Shown: positions 52,013 to 62,095, numbered from the stretch's first letter. The stretch: DNA of 64,000 bases from Candidatus Dojkabacteria bacterium (GCA_016932045.1 JAFGDO010000010.1:1759-65758), one strand, 5' to 3'. Made by a program: numbers and translations. The notes: generated from the letters alone by a model not told the origin.

Positions 52013-54421
52013 ATGCTACTATCTAAAAAATGGCTTGAACAATACTTGCCCAAGGGGATAAAAATTAAAGCCTCTAAGCTTCGCAACCGAATCACTTATT
52101 CGCTTGCAGAAGTTGAGAATATATATAATGTTGGAGAAGAATTAACGAATATAGTTGTAGGAGAAATTAAAAAGATCAAGCCTCATCCTAAATCAGATAA
52201 TCTCCATGTCGCAATAGTCGATATTGGGAATTCTCGAAAAAAAACTATCGTCTGCGCAGCAAAGAACATATTTGAAGGGGCAAAAGTTCCTGTTGCTCTC
52301 CCAGGAGGCTCCGTACTTAATCCCGAGCAGGACTTAGGTTCGCAAGACTCCTTTGAGATAAAAGAAATAGAAATAAAAAAAATTAAATCTTCTGGTATGT
52401 TATGCAGTCAGAAGGAATTGGGAATTAGTGATGACCACAAAGGTATATGGATACTTCCGGATGAGCTCAATGTAGGGGAAGATTTTTGCGGAATGCTAAA
52501 AGATACAATTCTTGAAATCGAAAATAAATCTCTTACACATAGATCAGACTGTTTCTCCCACCTAGGAATTGCAAGAGAGCTCTCGGCGATACTCAAGATC
52601 CCTTTTGATTATGAGGAAAGCCAGGAAATTTTAGTACCAACACAAACATTACCACTTGTTGTAAAAGTCGAAGATCCCAAATTATGTCAAAGATATACAG
52701 CAATTGCTATTCATGGCGTAAAGATCCAGCCATCACCCCTCTGGCTTCAACTAAAGCTTCTTGCAGTAGGCGTTAAACCTATTAACAATGTCGTAGATGC
52801 AACAAATTTCGTAATGCTAGATATGGGACAACCTATACATGCTTTCGATTACAATAAACTTGATGCGCCAAGGGTAATCGTCAGGAAAGCTAAAAAGGGT
52901 GAGGAAATACGTACTTTGGACGGAGATATACGGAGGTTAGGTAGCGATCAACTTCTTATAACTGATCCAAAGGGCCCGATTGCTATTGCCGGTATCATGG
53001 GAGGACTTGATACAGAAGTCGATAATGACACTCAAGATATTATCATTGAGTCTGCAAATTTTGAGATGTACAATATCCGCCGAAGTACAAACGAACTTGG
53101 CCTTAGAACTGAAGCAAGTACACGCTTTGAAAAAGGACAGGACCCACACACGACTCTGCCTGCTTTGAAACGAGTTGCCGAACTAATAACAGAAACAGCT
53201 GGAGGTGAAATAGCCTCAGAGGTTATAGATATATATAAAGAGCCGGGAGAAGAGAGACAGCTAGAATTTGATACCGATGACGTTCCAAGATTTTTGGGTA
53301 TAGAAGTATCCAAAGAAGAAGTTATTCATATTTTTGAATCTCTTCATCTTGCTGTAAATACACCTGAAGTAAGTTCGACAAAATTGTCGGTTACTATACC
53401 AACGTTCAGAAGAGATTTAAATATAAAAGAGGACTTGCTTGAGGAGGTTGCCAGAATTTTCGGATATGATAAATTTCACCCCACCTTACCAGTAAGAGAT
53501 CTTAAATCCGTCCCTAAAAACTTTCAAAGGGAATTCGAAAAAATGCTTATGTTTACAATGTCTTCCCTGGGATTTGATGAAATATATACATACTCATTTA
53601 TTGGAGAACAGCACTACAGGAAAACTTTACTTGATATAGATAAGTGTTTGAAACTTAAAAATCCTCTTTCCCCAGAGCTTGCCTATATGAGGAACAGCTT
53701 GGTACCAAGCATCCTTGAAAAAGTGAAATTAAACCTAGCTAATTTTGATGAGATTTTAATTTATGAGATGTCTCGTATTTTTTTCAAAGAGAAAAATAAA
53801 GAAGGTCTCCCTAACCAGCCATTAAATATCATAGGTCTGGTCTCAAAACACACAGATAATAAGGAGTTATATTTTACTCTAAAAGAAAAGGTTATCGCTC
53901 TACTTGGACAAGCCGGAATTGCTACCTATGCTTTTGAGAAAGTTGATAGTATTCCCTACTTTCATCCCGGACAACAAGCTCTCATAACCACAAACAAAGT
54001 AGTACTTGGCAACATCGGCACATTACATCCACAGGTAAAGGATAACTGGAATATTGATCCAAACACATCTCTTTTTATTTTGGATATCGAAAAACTTTTT
54101 GAACTTCAAAATAAGGAGAAGGTTTACAAAAGATTTTCCAAATATCCTTATGTGAAAAGAGATCTCAGTTTCTGGGTCAAAAAAGATACCCAGACCGGAC
54201 ACTTGGTCAAAGAATTAGAAAAGGGAAATTTTAGCTATGTAAAAGATATAGAAGTAAAAGATATATATGAACCCAAAACAAAACAGGACGAGAAGAGCAT
54301 TACAATTCAGGTAATTTTGCAATCAAAGAGAATAACACTTTCTGAAGAAGAAATTAATATTGATATCTCAGTCCTTATAGAAACAATTAAAAAATTTGGT
54401 GGCACGTTGAGGAAAAAGTGA
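52013..54421 (+). CDS. pheT: Phenylalanine--tRNA ligase beta subunit
   Basis: tRNA-binding OB fold, INNVVDATN, GQPIHAFD, DLLEEVARIFGY, RDLSF. Confidence 0.96.
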   Translation: MLLSKKWLEQYLPKGIKIKASKLRNRITYSLAEVENIYNVGEELTNIVVGEIKKIKPHPKSDNLHVAIVDIGNSRKKTIVCAAKNIFEGAKVPVALPGGSVLNPEQDLGSQDSFEIKEIEIKKIKSSGMLCSQKELGISDDHKGIWILPDELNVGEDFCGMLKDTILEIENKSLTHRSDCFSHLGIARELSAILKIPFDYEESQEILVPTQTLPLVVKVEDPKLCQRYTAIAIHGVKIQPSPLWLQLKLLAVGVKPINNVVDATNFVMLDMGQPIHAFDYNKLDAPRVIVRKAKKGEEIRTLDGDIRRLGSDQLLITDPKGPIAIAGIMGGLDTEVDNDTQDIIIESANFEMYNIRRSTNELGLRTEASTRFEKGQDPHTTLPALKRVAELITETAGGEIASEVIDIYKEPGEERQLEFDTDDVPRFLGIEVSKEEVIHIFESLHLAVNTPEVSSTKLSVTIPTFRRDLNIKEDLLEEVARIFGYDKFHPTLPVRDLKSVPKNFQREFEKMLMFTMSSLGFDEIYTYSFIGEQHYRKTLLDIDKCLKLKNPLSPELAYMRNSLVPSILEKVKLNLANFDEILIYEMSRIFFKEKNKEGLPNQPLNIIGLVSKHTDNKELYFTLKEKVIALLGQAGIATYAFEKVDSIPYFHPGQQALITTNKVVLGNIGTLHPQVKDNWNIDPNTSLFILDIEKLFELQNKEKVYKRFSKYPYVKRDLSFWVKKDTQTGHLVKELEKGNFSYVKDIEVKDIYEPKTKQDEKSITIQVILQSKRITLSEEEINIDISVLIETIKKFGGTLRKK

Positions 54422-54460
54422 ATAGAAAGTAATTAATAGAAAATTGTAAATGGTTTAATA

Positions 54461-54922
54461 ATGGCAAAAGAAAAAGAACAGCAAAAATCGTTTATTGAAA
54501 CTAAGATTGGGTATATAGCGGCAATCCTTGTAAGTATATTATCAATTGTTTTTGCAAATAATGTCCTGATATGGGACATAAAACTTTTTGATTTTATTCT
54601 AGAGGACTTTGAAAAGTGCCTCTGGATATTAAACATATCTTTTCTGGCAACTATTATCTCCAACATGGTTTATATATTATTTGATCACAAGATCTTTAAG
54701 GGAGTTATCCAGATAGTCTTAAATATCATATCAGTTGCAGTAATATTATCATTCATCAGAGTCTTTCCTTTTGATTTTTCTAAGCTTATTAATCTTTCGT
54801 TTATCAATACATGCGTAAAGATTGCTTTCTACCTGGGATTATTTGGAACGATTATTGCAATAATTGTCGAAGCAGTGAAGATTATTATATATATCATAAA
54901 TGACATTTTAAGCCTGCAGTAA
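54461..54922 (+). CDS. Hypothetical membrane protein
   Basis: Four TM helices; VFPFDFS motif. Confidence 0.65.
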   Translation: MAKEKEQQKSFIETKIGYIAAILVSILSIVFANNVLIWDIKLFDFILEDFEKCLWILNISFLATIISNMVYILFDHKIFKGVIQIVLNIISVAVILSFIRVFPFDFSKLINLSFINTCVKIAFYLGLFGTIIAIIVEAVKIIIYIINDILSLQ

Positions 54923-55046
54923 GTATACTTCCTCACCTGATTTTTTATGGGAATGAATTACTAGATAGTCTGAAGCCACCAGAAACTAAGAACTTACTTT
55001 CTACTATTAACCTACTACCTTTCCCCTTATACTTTCAACCTTCCTT

Positions 55047-58025
55047 TTACGGACTAACAACATTAATAGTAATGTTTTGCGAATAGATAGTACTGCCATT
55101 TGATAAAGTTAGTGCGGCCTGAAGGGTATAACTTCCGACTTGAGTAGGCGCCCATGTACAGGTATATGCCCCTCCACCGGAATCGCTCATGGTCTCACTT
55201 GGCAGTGACCCACCTGGTCCAGTAATCAAAAGTCTTGCTGATGTTACACTGGTCCCGCCGTAACGCTGAGCAGTTACTGTGATTGCAGCCATTTCTAGGC
55301 TTACACCATTTTGTGGATCAGTAATCGACACGACATCTCCTACAATTATCCTTACCGAAGCACTTCCGGTACGTCCAGCACCATCATAGGCTTTCACAAT
55401 CAGATCATGCCAGCCATCCGATACTGTAGCAGGTATAGTTACAGATGCCACAAATGGATTATTTGTGGCCTGAGTAATATAGGTTCCATCAACATATACC
55501 TCAATTTTTGAAATGCCTGATGACGTAGCATATGCTCTTGCTTCAACATCGACTTTCCCTCCCTTTGATACTGCAGTATTTGCTGCAGGTTTAGAAATAG
55601 TTACCCACGGGTTATCCTCTCCAGTTGGGTTTCTATTGATATCGCAATATTCTGTAGGAGGAGCACCTTGGCTGAAATATGAATCCCATGCAGCCTGCCA
55701 TGTATCCTTTGGGGCTTTAATATATCTATAAACCTTTTCGATCACTAAGCCTAGCTGTTCATCAATGTCGCGAGCAAGTCTATCCTGCTGGTCGCTACAT
55801 ACACGGAATAACTGTGTTGCAGAATCATCCTGCGGTGGAAGTTTGTCTTGAATGAATAGATCGCTTATTGCCTCACAGTGCTCAGTTGCCAAAAGCCCAC
55901 TATCACGGCATACAGAGGCTGACACAACTCCTCCTGGGCGTGTAAACCTCGATGGAGTAAACCTTGGAAGTATTTTATTTGTATAATCAATCCATATTGG
56001 TCTTGCAGCTGTATATCCATATGCTGATTTATTCATACGGGAGTTGTCGTTGTTCCCGGCCCAGACCCCAGTAACAACTTCTGGAGTCCAACCCATATAC
56101 CATACATTTGTATTATTATCATTTGTTCCAGTTTTACCAGCCTGATCCCATCCTGCTGGTGGCGTATAGTGGTAGTTCCGCGCGGTGTCATTCACAAGAT
56201 AAACGGCTCGTTCATCGGCTACCCTTACCCCCTGTCTTACCTCATCTGTATTAAAGTCATAGATTACATTGCCTTCCTTGTCCTCAATTTTTAATATTGG
56301 CGATATCGGATGATAAATTCCACCTGTTGCCATAACCGCATAAGCGTTTGTATGTTCAACTAACTTTACATCCCCTGCACCTAAGGCAATTGCGTCTCCA
56401 TAATTTTCGGGATTTGTAAATGTCGAGTAACCAAACTTTTCAAGTGTATTTATAAAATTAGTCACTCCGACTATTTCAATTGCTTCAACAGCAGGAATAT
56501 TGAGTGAATCGCGGAGAGCTTGCCTTAAGGTCAAAAGACCATGGTATCTGCCGTCATTATTCTTTGGCCTATAATTGCCATCAAAAGGAACATCCATATC
56601 CAGAAAAGGATATGCCGGATACAGTTGTCCTGTTTCAAAGCCAGCATAATAAACTACCGGCTTAAGGGAAGAACCCGGTTGTCTCAAAGCAACTGCTACA
56701 TTCACATTTGGCTCAAATTTACAATCAGCTCCAAGTGTACATCCTTCTGGCGAAGCAGTTCCAAAATAGTCAGCCGAACCAACCATCGCTAAAACTTGAC
56801 CAGTTTTTGGATCAATTGTAACCAAAGCTGCATTATTTCCTCCATGAGCCTTTACAACATTCTCAACACCATTCAGTATAGATTCTTCCGCTATATTCTG
56901 CATATCAAGGTCTAGACTTGTAGTGATACGAAGTCCACCTCTTTCAACCTCTGATAAAGTAAACGGCCTACCATTATTGTAGTTGCCCTTTGTTAACTCG
57001 TCCTCAACATAAAATACAAAGTGAGGAGCTTCTATATTTATGTCGCTGGTCTTATATGCTATTTTCTGCTCTCTTGCCTGCTGTATTTTTTCATCTGTAA
57101 TTAGATCTTCCTCGCCCTCCCAGCCATTATACTTTCTTGCATAAGCATTTATTTTGTCTTTTTTACTTTGCAGCTGATCGAGAACATAATTTTGTCTTTG
57201 TATAGCTAGTTCACGTGCCACCTTCACGTCAGATGCAAAAAGAGGAGAATAGAGCCCTGGTGCCTGAGGCAGTCCTGCAAGAAGAGCCGCCTCCCCGAGC
57301 GACAGTTCAGTAACATCTTTACCAAAATAAATTCTAGCAGCAGTTTTCACGCCATAAGTATTTCCGCCAAAGCCGATTTCATTTAGATACAACTGCAAAA
57401 CATCCTTTTTATCATACTTCTGCTCAATTCTTAAACTTAATATTATTTCTTTGATTTTTCTCTCATAAGTTCTCTCCGTTGTAAGAACCGTGTTTTTAAT
57501 CATCTGTTGGGTAATAGTTGATCCTCCGCGAGGACTGCCAACTTTGAAAACCTCGTACATTCCAGCTTTCACAACTCCTCCAAGATCCACCCCCTTGTGA
57601 GTATAAAAGTCAATGTCCTCAGCAGCAAGAAAAGCCCACTGAGCTTCTAAAGGAACCTCATCAATCTGAACTATATCCCTATTTTCATCCCCATGTATCT
57701 TGTAAAGCTCTTTCCCATTCCTATCGTAGACATAACTTGTCAGATCCTGACCTCTTTCAAAAGGTTCATCGGGATTTGGAAGTTCTGAAGAATACTTAGC
57801 AATAACTGAAAGAGTAAAAATAGTGGTAATAAATATGACAACAAAAACAATTCCGGCAAAAATACCCAGAACTTTCTTTACTCTCCCCTTTAAACTATCT
57901 TTTCCAAGCACAGATTTACTCCAGCCCTTCTTTCCTCTTTTCGATTTCAATTTCTTCAAACGCTTCTGGAAGCGGGACTTGTACGTTCTTCTTCTATTGT
58001 AGTTTATCGCTGTCTTATAAGCCAT
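55047..58025 (-). CDS. Class A PBP (PBP1A family) with C-terminal Ig-like domains, paralog 2
   Basis: AAEDIDFYTH, GGSTITQQ, SSLK, SLN, KTG; LIVKAYDGAG Big-like domain. Confidence 0.94.
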   Translation of the reverse strand: MAYKTAINYNRRRTYKSRFQKRLKKLKSKRGKKGWSKSVLGKDSLKGRVKKVLGIFAGIVFVVIFITTIFTLSVIAKYSSELPNPDEPFERGQDLTSYVYDRNGKELYKIHGDENRDIVQIDEVPLEAQWAFLAAEDIDFYTHKGVDLGGVVKAGMYEVFKVGSPRGGSTITQQMIKNTVLTTERTYERKIKEIILSLRIEQKYDKKDVLQLYLNEIGFGGNTYGVKTAARIYFGKDVTELSLGEAALLAGLPQAPGLYSPLFASDVKVARELAIQRQNYVLDQLQSKKDKINAYARKYNGWEGEEDLITDEKIQQAREQKIAYKTSDINIEAPHFVFYVEDELTKGNYNNGRPFTLSEVERGGLRITTSLDLDMQNIAEESILNGVENVVKAHGGNNAALVTIDPKTGQVLAMVGSADYFGTASPEGCTLGADCKFEPNVNVAVALRQPGSSLKPVVYYAGFETGQLYPAYPFLDMDVPFDGNYRPKNNDGRYHGLLTLRQALRDSLNIPAVEAIEIVGVTNFINTLEKFGYSTFTNPENYGDAIALGAGDVKLVEHTNAYAVMATGGIYHPISPILKIEDKEGNVIYDFNTDEVRQGVRVADERAVYLVNDTARNYHYTPPAGWDQAGKTGTNDNNTNVWYMGWTPEVVTGVWAGNNDNSRMNKSAYGYTAARPIWIDYTNKILPRFTPSRFTRPGGVVSASVCRDSGLLATEHCEAISDLFIQDKLPPQDDSATQLFRVCSDQQDRLARDIDEQLGLVIEKVYRYIKAPKDTWQAAWDSYFSQGAPPTEYCDINRNPTGEDNPWVTISKPAANTAVSKGGKVDVEARAYATSSGISKIEVYVDGTYITQATNNPFVASVTIPATVSDGWHDLIVKAYDGAGRTGSASVRIIVGDVVSITDPQNGVSLEMAAITVTAQRYGGTSVTSARLLITGPGGSLPSETMSDSGGGAYTCTWAPTQVGSYTLQAALTLSNGSTIYSQNITINVVSP

Positions 58026-58188
58026 GTTGTATCTTTATAACTTTTAGTAGGTAGAAGTTACAATATCAAATCAAATCACATAACAATAGTATCTTTGATA
58101 TAATATCTTATCACAAATTAAACGTAAAGAGCGGTTTAAAAGTAACACTTCGGGCGGGAAATGAAAGGACAGACTTGCAATAGCAAAT

Positions 58189-58401
58189 TCAATTTTGAAC
58201 ACGCCGAAACACTATTGTCCCTCTGCATGCCCCGCATTCACTGGTAATGGTTTCTGGAATGTTTCCCGGATCAGAGTAGTATCTTGTAAAGTTCTGCTGG
58301 ATACCTTGCTGAGGACAATCGCCTACCCAGAAACTATCAAGTTTAGTGCAGACTCCTACATAAGTGACTCTGATTCTTTGAGGAATTTCTGGTGATTGCA
58401 T
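58189..58401 (-). CDS. Small hypothetical protein with a CxxC motif
   Basis: 70 aa; CGAC near the C-terminus. Confidence 0.4.
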   Translation of the reverse strand: MQSPEIPQRIRVTYVGVCTKLDSFWVGDCPQQGIQQNFTRYYSDPGNIPETITSECGACRGTIVFRRVQN

Positions 58402-58453
58402 ATGGCATTCTATAGGAATTCAAACTCGACAACAAGCACCCTAATAATATCGA

Positions 58454-59083
58454 TCATTTTTCACCCATAGGCTGATCCTCCTTTGGCGGAAATTGTTCAT
58501 ATCCATTTCCCTTCACCAATAAAAAAGTTGTATAATTCTTCTTATTATCCTGTAAATTACCTGCAATAACATCCAAGTCATAAATATCCGAAAGGATTTT
58601 CGAACCCATGACTGCTATATTTCTTGGCAGTTTCTTTGCACTCATCTTTTTTGCCACCATTGCATGATCAATTAAATCACCCTTACCGCTCACCTTTTTC
58701 AAATTTGGATACCTTTTAGCCAAAGTAGATTTGCACTGAGCTAAAACTTGAGGATGCGTCATGATTGTATCTATTTCAGCTAATTCTACACCCTTTCTTT
58801 TCATAAGGTAGTGAGAAATAATAATTGAAATCTCTCCGGCTACTTTGAACTTATACCTACCCATTGCATTTATAGATTCGTGCACTATTCCTCCGACTGA
58901 GTTGTGAATAGCAAACAGTCCATAATCTATTTTCCTTTCTTTCAGATGCCGAAGCACTCTTTCGGAAGTATAAAGGTACTTTACTTCATAATCTCTAATC
59001 TTGTGCCTTTCAATATAAGTCATAATGGCTTGCTCATTGAAGCTGCCTCTGCCACCTTGTATTCCGTATAGTACTTTACTCAT
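58454..59083 (-). CDS. pheA: Prephenate dehydratase domain protein without ACT domain (paralog 2)
   Basis: YGIQGGRGSFNEQA, HNSVGG, THPQVLAQC, LQDNKKNYTTF. Confidence 0.85.
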   Translation of the reverse strand: MSKVLYGIQGGRGSFNEQAIMTYIERHKIRDYEVKYLYTSERVLRHLKERKIDYGLFAIHNSVGGIVHESINAMGRYKFKVAGEISIIISHYLMKRKGVELAEIDTIMTHPQVLAQCKSTLAKRYPNLKKVSGKGDLIDHAMVAKKMSAKKLPRNIAVMGSKILSDIYDLDVIAGNLQDNKKNYTTFLLVKGNGYEQFPPKEDQPMGEK

Positions 59084-59177
59084 TTTTCCAGTTTAAAATG
59101 TAAAATTTTATTAGTTTCCCAAATAGATTCTGATCGGCTTCTGTTCTTTTCATGTAGAATCCACTATGCTCGTTTAC

Positions 59178-59236
59178 GGATTACGTGCCATGAAGATATC
59201 GCAAGATATTCTTCATGTTTTATCTCTACGAAAATT
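59178..59236. repeat. Structured 59-nt repeat, copy A
   Basis: Similar to 62038-62095; CATGAAG-ATATC-GCAA-GATAT-T-CTTCATG hairpin. Confidence 0.85.
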
Positions 59237-59272
59237 CCCATCGTTCCACTTGGAAATTTCCTAGAGCTATAT

Positions 59273-59294
59273 AAAAAAACCTCCTTTCGGAGGT
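59273..59294 (-). terminator. Attenuator terminator of the Phe leader
   Basis: ACCTCC-GAAA-GGAGGT then a U tract on the minus strand. Confidence 0.88.
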
Positions 59295-59327
59295 CTCTCT
59301 TTTCATGCTAAACAGTCGGGTAGAGAA

Positions 59328-59390
59328 CTACCTCCCAAAAAGAAGGTTTGCAAAAAAGAAAAAATTCTTGTTTGCTACTTTAGTTCTCAT
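59328..59390 (-). CDS. Phe-rich attenuator leader peptide MRTKVANKNFFFFANLLFGR (pheL-like)
   Basis: Four consecutive Phe codons plus one; upstream of the PDT gene; TTGACT-18-TATATT promoter with ATG 6 nt after the -10. Confidence 0.88.
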   Translation of the reverse strand: MRTKVANKNFFFFANLLFGR

Positions 59391-59599
59391 GGCGCAAATA
59401 TATCAGAAATAATTAACCTAAGTCAACATTTTAATTTAATACATATCAGATATCAAAATCAATCCACTAACCTTATTCATTAAAGTGTTTTTCTAATTGA
59501 TATTAACGATTTATAGGAAATAATCAAATTATTATATAAATCACTAAAAGAGAGGGAAAAAAACAAAAGACAATAAATGATTTATATGTATCAAAATTA

Positions 59600-61126
59600 T
59601 CAATTCTGGTTTTGAAAAACAAAAGGTGGTTTTTTGATATAAATGGTCATTCGATCTTTCTCTGGTTTATATTGACCATAATTGAATAGACTTTGAAAGA
59701 GGTTCCCTTTTAAAGCTTCTCCAAGAGTATAAAGATATATATCTCCCCACGTATGCATACACTTTGGAATATAATCTCTTTTCCCCAAAAAAGATGATCC
59801 CCCTCCGTCTACTCCAGGATTTAAATCTCCTATTGCCCTAGCATAGTCTCCCTCATCAGGGTTCCAAGTAAATCCAAACTCGCTTAAATTCTTGATCTCA
59901 TCTCCTTGCGGTCCAGTTTGTCCAATGCTCCTAAAAACATCTTCAAGTTTTACTTCATTAACTCCTGTTTCATCAGGCAGAATTATTACATTCCCACCAT
60001 CAACGAACAAAGTTCCTCTATCATGATTTCCTCGAGCATATCCAACTGCTACTTTTACTCCTCCTCTCATATCAAACTCACAGTTCCTGATAACAGTAAA
60101 TGATTGTGGGAATACAAATATAATTCCATTATCAGTTCTATCATCAATCACGCCGCATCTTACAAATCTGCAGCTATCTATCATGACGTAACCTGAAAGT
60201 ATATCTATAGCAAAACCTGTTCCCAAACCACTTGGTTCAAGATCACAATCTTCAAACATACAATTTGTAATTCTTGACTGTCTCGTCATCTCAAAAGCAG
60301 TATCGAATGAGAGAGCACCACCACATATTAATCCTTTACAATTTTGGAAAGTACACTTATCAATATTAACCTGAGCTTTACCATGGACAACTATACCACC
60401 ACCATCTACAACGTTCCAAACGGTATATCTTTTATCTGTTCTTGCAATATTAACTTTTTTTGCTCTTGCTCCAGCATGGCCATTTGTAAATCTTACATTT
60501 TCGATTTGTATATCGACACATTCATCTAAGTAACTTCTTCCCTCGCCATCAACATACATACATCTGCATTTCCCTTCTGCATCAAGAATTACTTTCCCTT
60601 GTCCTTCAATTTGAATACCACTATGTCTTGTATCTAGAACTAAAGGCTTTCCGTTTGGATAATATGTTCCTTCTTGTAAAACAACTTTATCTATCCCAGA
60701 TCCTTCTCTTTTTCTATCTCTTGCTATCCAATCAAGAGAATTCTGTAAGGAATATCTTGGATCGTCTTTAGTGCTCTCATCATGAGGCTGAATATTATAA
60801 AACTGATTCCCAGATGAATCTACTTCTATAGTTATATGCCCATCCGGAGGATCTAGTACTCTATCATATTCTCCAGTATTTCTTATATAAGAATCGGGAT
60901 TTGGAACTAGAGCTTCACAATTAGGAAGTCCTACCAAATTTCTTAATAAATTTCTCCTTGAAACACGTGCTTGAGGATCGCTGCATCTACCTTGATCCTC
61001 GGAAGTGAATCTTGGTACTGCAAAACGTGATAATACACATGCAGCAACCGCAATAGCAGCGGCACTAATTGCACCTCTTCTTGAAATAGTCATTATTCCA
61101 TTTTGAGTTTCTTGTTTTTCGATCAT
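59600..61126 (-). CDS. Secreted right-handed beta-helix (pectin-lyase-like) protein
   Basis: VVLQEGTY, ILDAEG, FTNG, GGGI, CTFQNC, GGAL; SRR motif before the hydrophobic segment. Confidence 0.7.
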   Translation of the reverse strand: MIEKQETQNGIMTISRRGAISAAAIAVAACVLSRFAVPRFTSEDQGRCSDPQARVSRRNLLRNLVGLPNCEALVPNPDSYIRNTGEYDRVLDPPDGHITIEVDSSGNQFYNIQPHDESTKDDPRYSLQNSLDWIARDRKREGSGIDKVVLQEGTYYPNGKPLVLDTRHSGIQIEGQGKVILDAEGKCRCMYVDGEGRSYLDECVDIQIENVRFTNGHAGARAKKVNIARTDKRYTVWNVVDGGGIVVHGKAQVNIDKCTFQNCKGLICGGALSFDTAFEMTRQSRITNCMFEDCDLEPSGLGTGFAIDILSGYVMIDSCRFVRCGVIDDRTDNGIIFVFPQSFTVIRNCEFDMRGGVKVAVGYARGNHDRGTLFVDGGNVIILPDETGVNEVKLEDVFRSIGQTGPQGDEIKNLSEFGFTWNPDEGDYARAIGDLNPGVDGGGSSFLGKRDYIPKCMHTWGDIYLYTLGEALKGNLFQSLFNYGQYKPEKDRMTIYIKKPPFVFQNQN

Positions 61127-61389
61127 ATATAATTACTATATACACTATTTATATACCTATCTATAACTCAATATCAATGAAAAGATTACATTTAATCCCC
61201 AAAATCCCAGACGAAATCTAGGTAAAAACAAGAGTCTTTACAAGACTAGATGAGAAAGAGGAAGATGAAAAAATTAAAACACTATAGGGTGGGGTAGGGG
61301 AGGAGAAGTAATTATTAGTTCACAAGGATAATGTGCTTCAAAATTCACTTTTTATTAATCTCTCTAATGTATAAACGGATATAAGATTT

Positions 61390-61722
61390 CTATGTCCTTC
61401 TTCCTATTCCTCTCATTATATCATTCGCAGTGTTTGCCAAACGGTGTACAATAACAGGCTCATCCCAATTCATACTAAATTGTACTAAAGCTCCAAAGCC
61501 TTTTCCCTGAATAACATAACATGCAGGACCCAGAGCACAAGTCCTTTGTAGTCTCCACCCCGACAAACTATTCGCTCCGGCTTGTTGGGCAGCCCATATC
61601 TTTTCCTCTAAAATAAATGCTAGTCCTTCAGCTCTGTCAGATGTAAACTTGCCTAAATACTTCATTGCTTCGTTACTATAGCAGACGCATCTTCTTGGAG
61701 CTGATTCTACTTGTTCAATCAT
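61390..61722 (-). CDS. Hypothetical protein
   Basis: 110 aa ORF; TATGAT -10-like element 6 nt before the ATG. Confidence 0.5.
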   Translation of the reverse strand: MIEQVESAPRRCVCYSNEAMKYLGKFTSDRAEGLAFILEEKIWAAQQAGANSLSGWRLQRTCALGPACYVIQGKGFGALVQFSMNWDEPVIVHRLANTANDIMRGIGRRT

Positions 61723-61857
61723 TAGATTATCATAAAGTCTAATATTGAAAACTACTTTTTATGATTACATCGAACACAAACTCATCTCGAAAATAATGTT
61801 TCTAAATTCTTGTTGATTAAGGCATTTTGTTTTATCGAGTGTCATGTCTCTATATTC

Positions 61858-61888
61858 AAAAAAAAATCCTCCCTTTCGGGAGGATTTT
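61858..61888 (-). terminator. Attenuator terminator of the Leu/Ile leader
   Basis: AAAATCCTCCC-GAAA-GGGAGGATTTTTTTTT on the minus strand. Confidence 0.88.
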
Positions 61889-61914
61889 CCTAAATCTTAT
61901 ATCTATCTTTATAC

Positions 61915-61992
61915 TTAACCCCCCGAAAGGTTACCTTTACTAATAAGGATAATTTCTAGAAGGTTAAGTTTTGAGTTTGATGCTTTGTTCAT
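61915..61992 (-). CDS. Leu/Ile-rich attenuator leader peptide MNKASNSKLNLLEIILISKGNLSGG
   Basis: CTT AAC CTT CTA GAA ATT ATC CTT ATT; alternative 1:2 and 2:3 helices with the downstream terminator. Confidence 0.75.
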   Translation of the reverse strand: MNKASNSKLNLLEIILISKGNLSGG

Positions 61993-62037
61993 ATTATTTG
62001 TATATCCCGTAGAAGCTTCACTTCGTTCAGCTCAACG

Positions 62038-62095
62038 GGATTACGTGCCCTGAAGATCTCGAAGAGATTCTTCGGGGTTTATCCCCACGAAAATT
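62038..62095. repeat. Structured 58-nt repeat, copy B
   Basis: Similar to 59178-59236, with compensatory stem changes. Confidence 0.85.
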
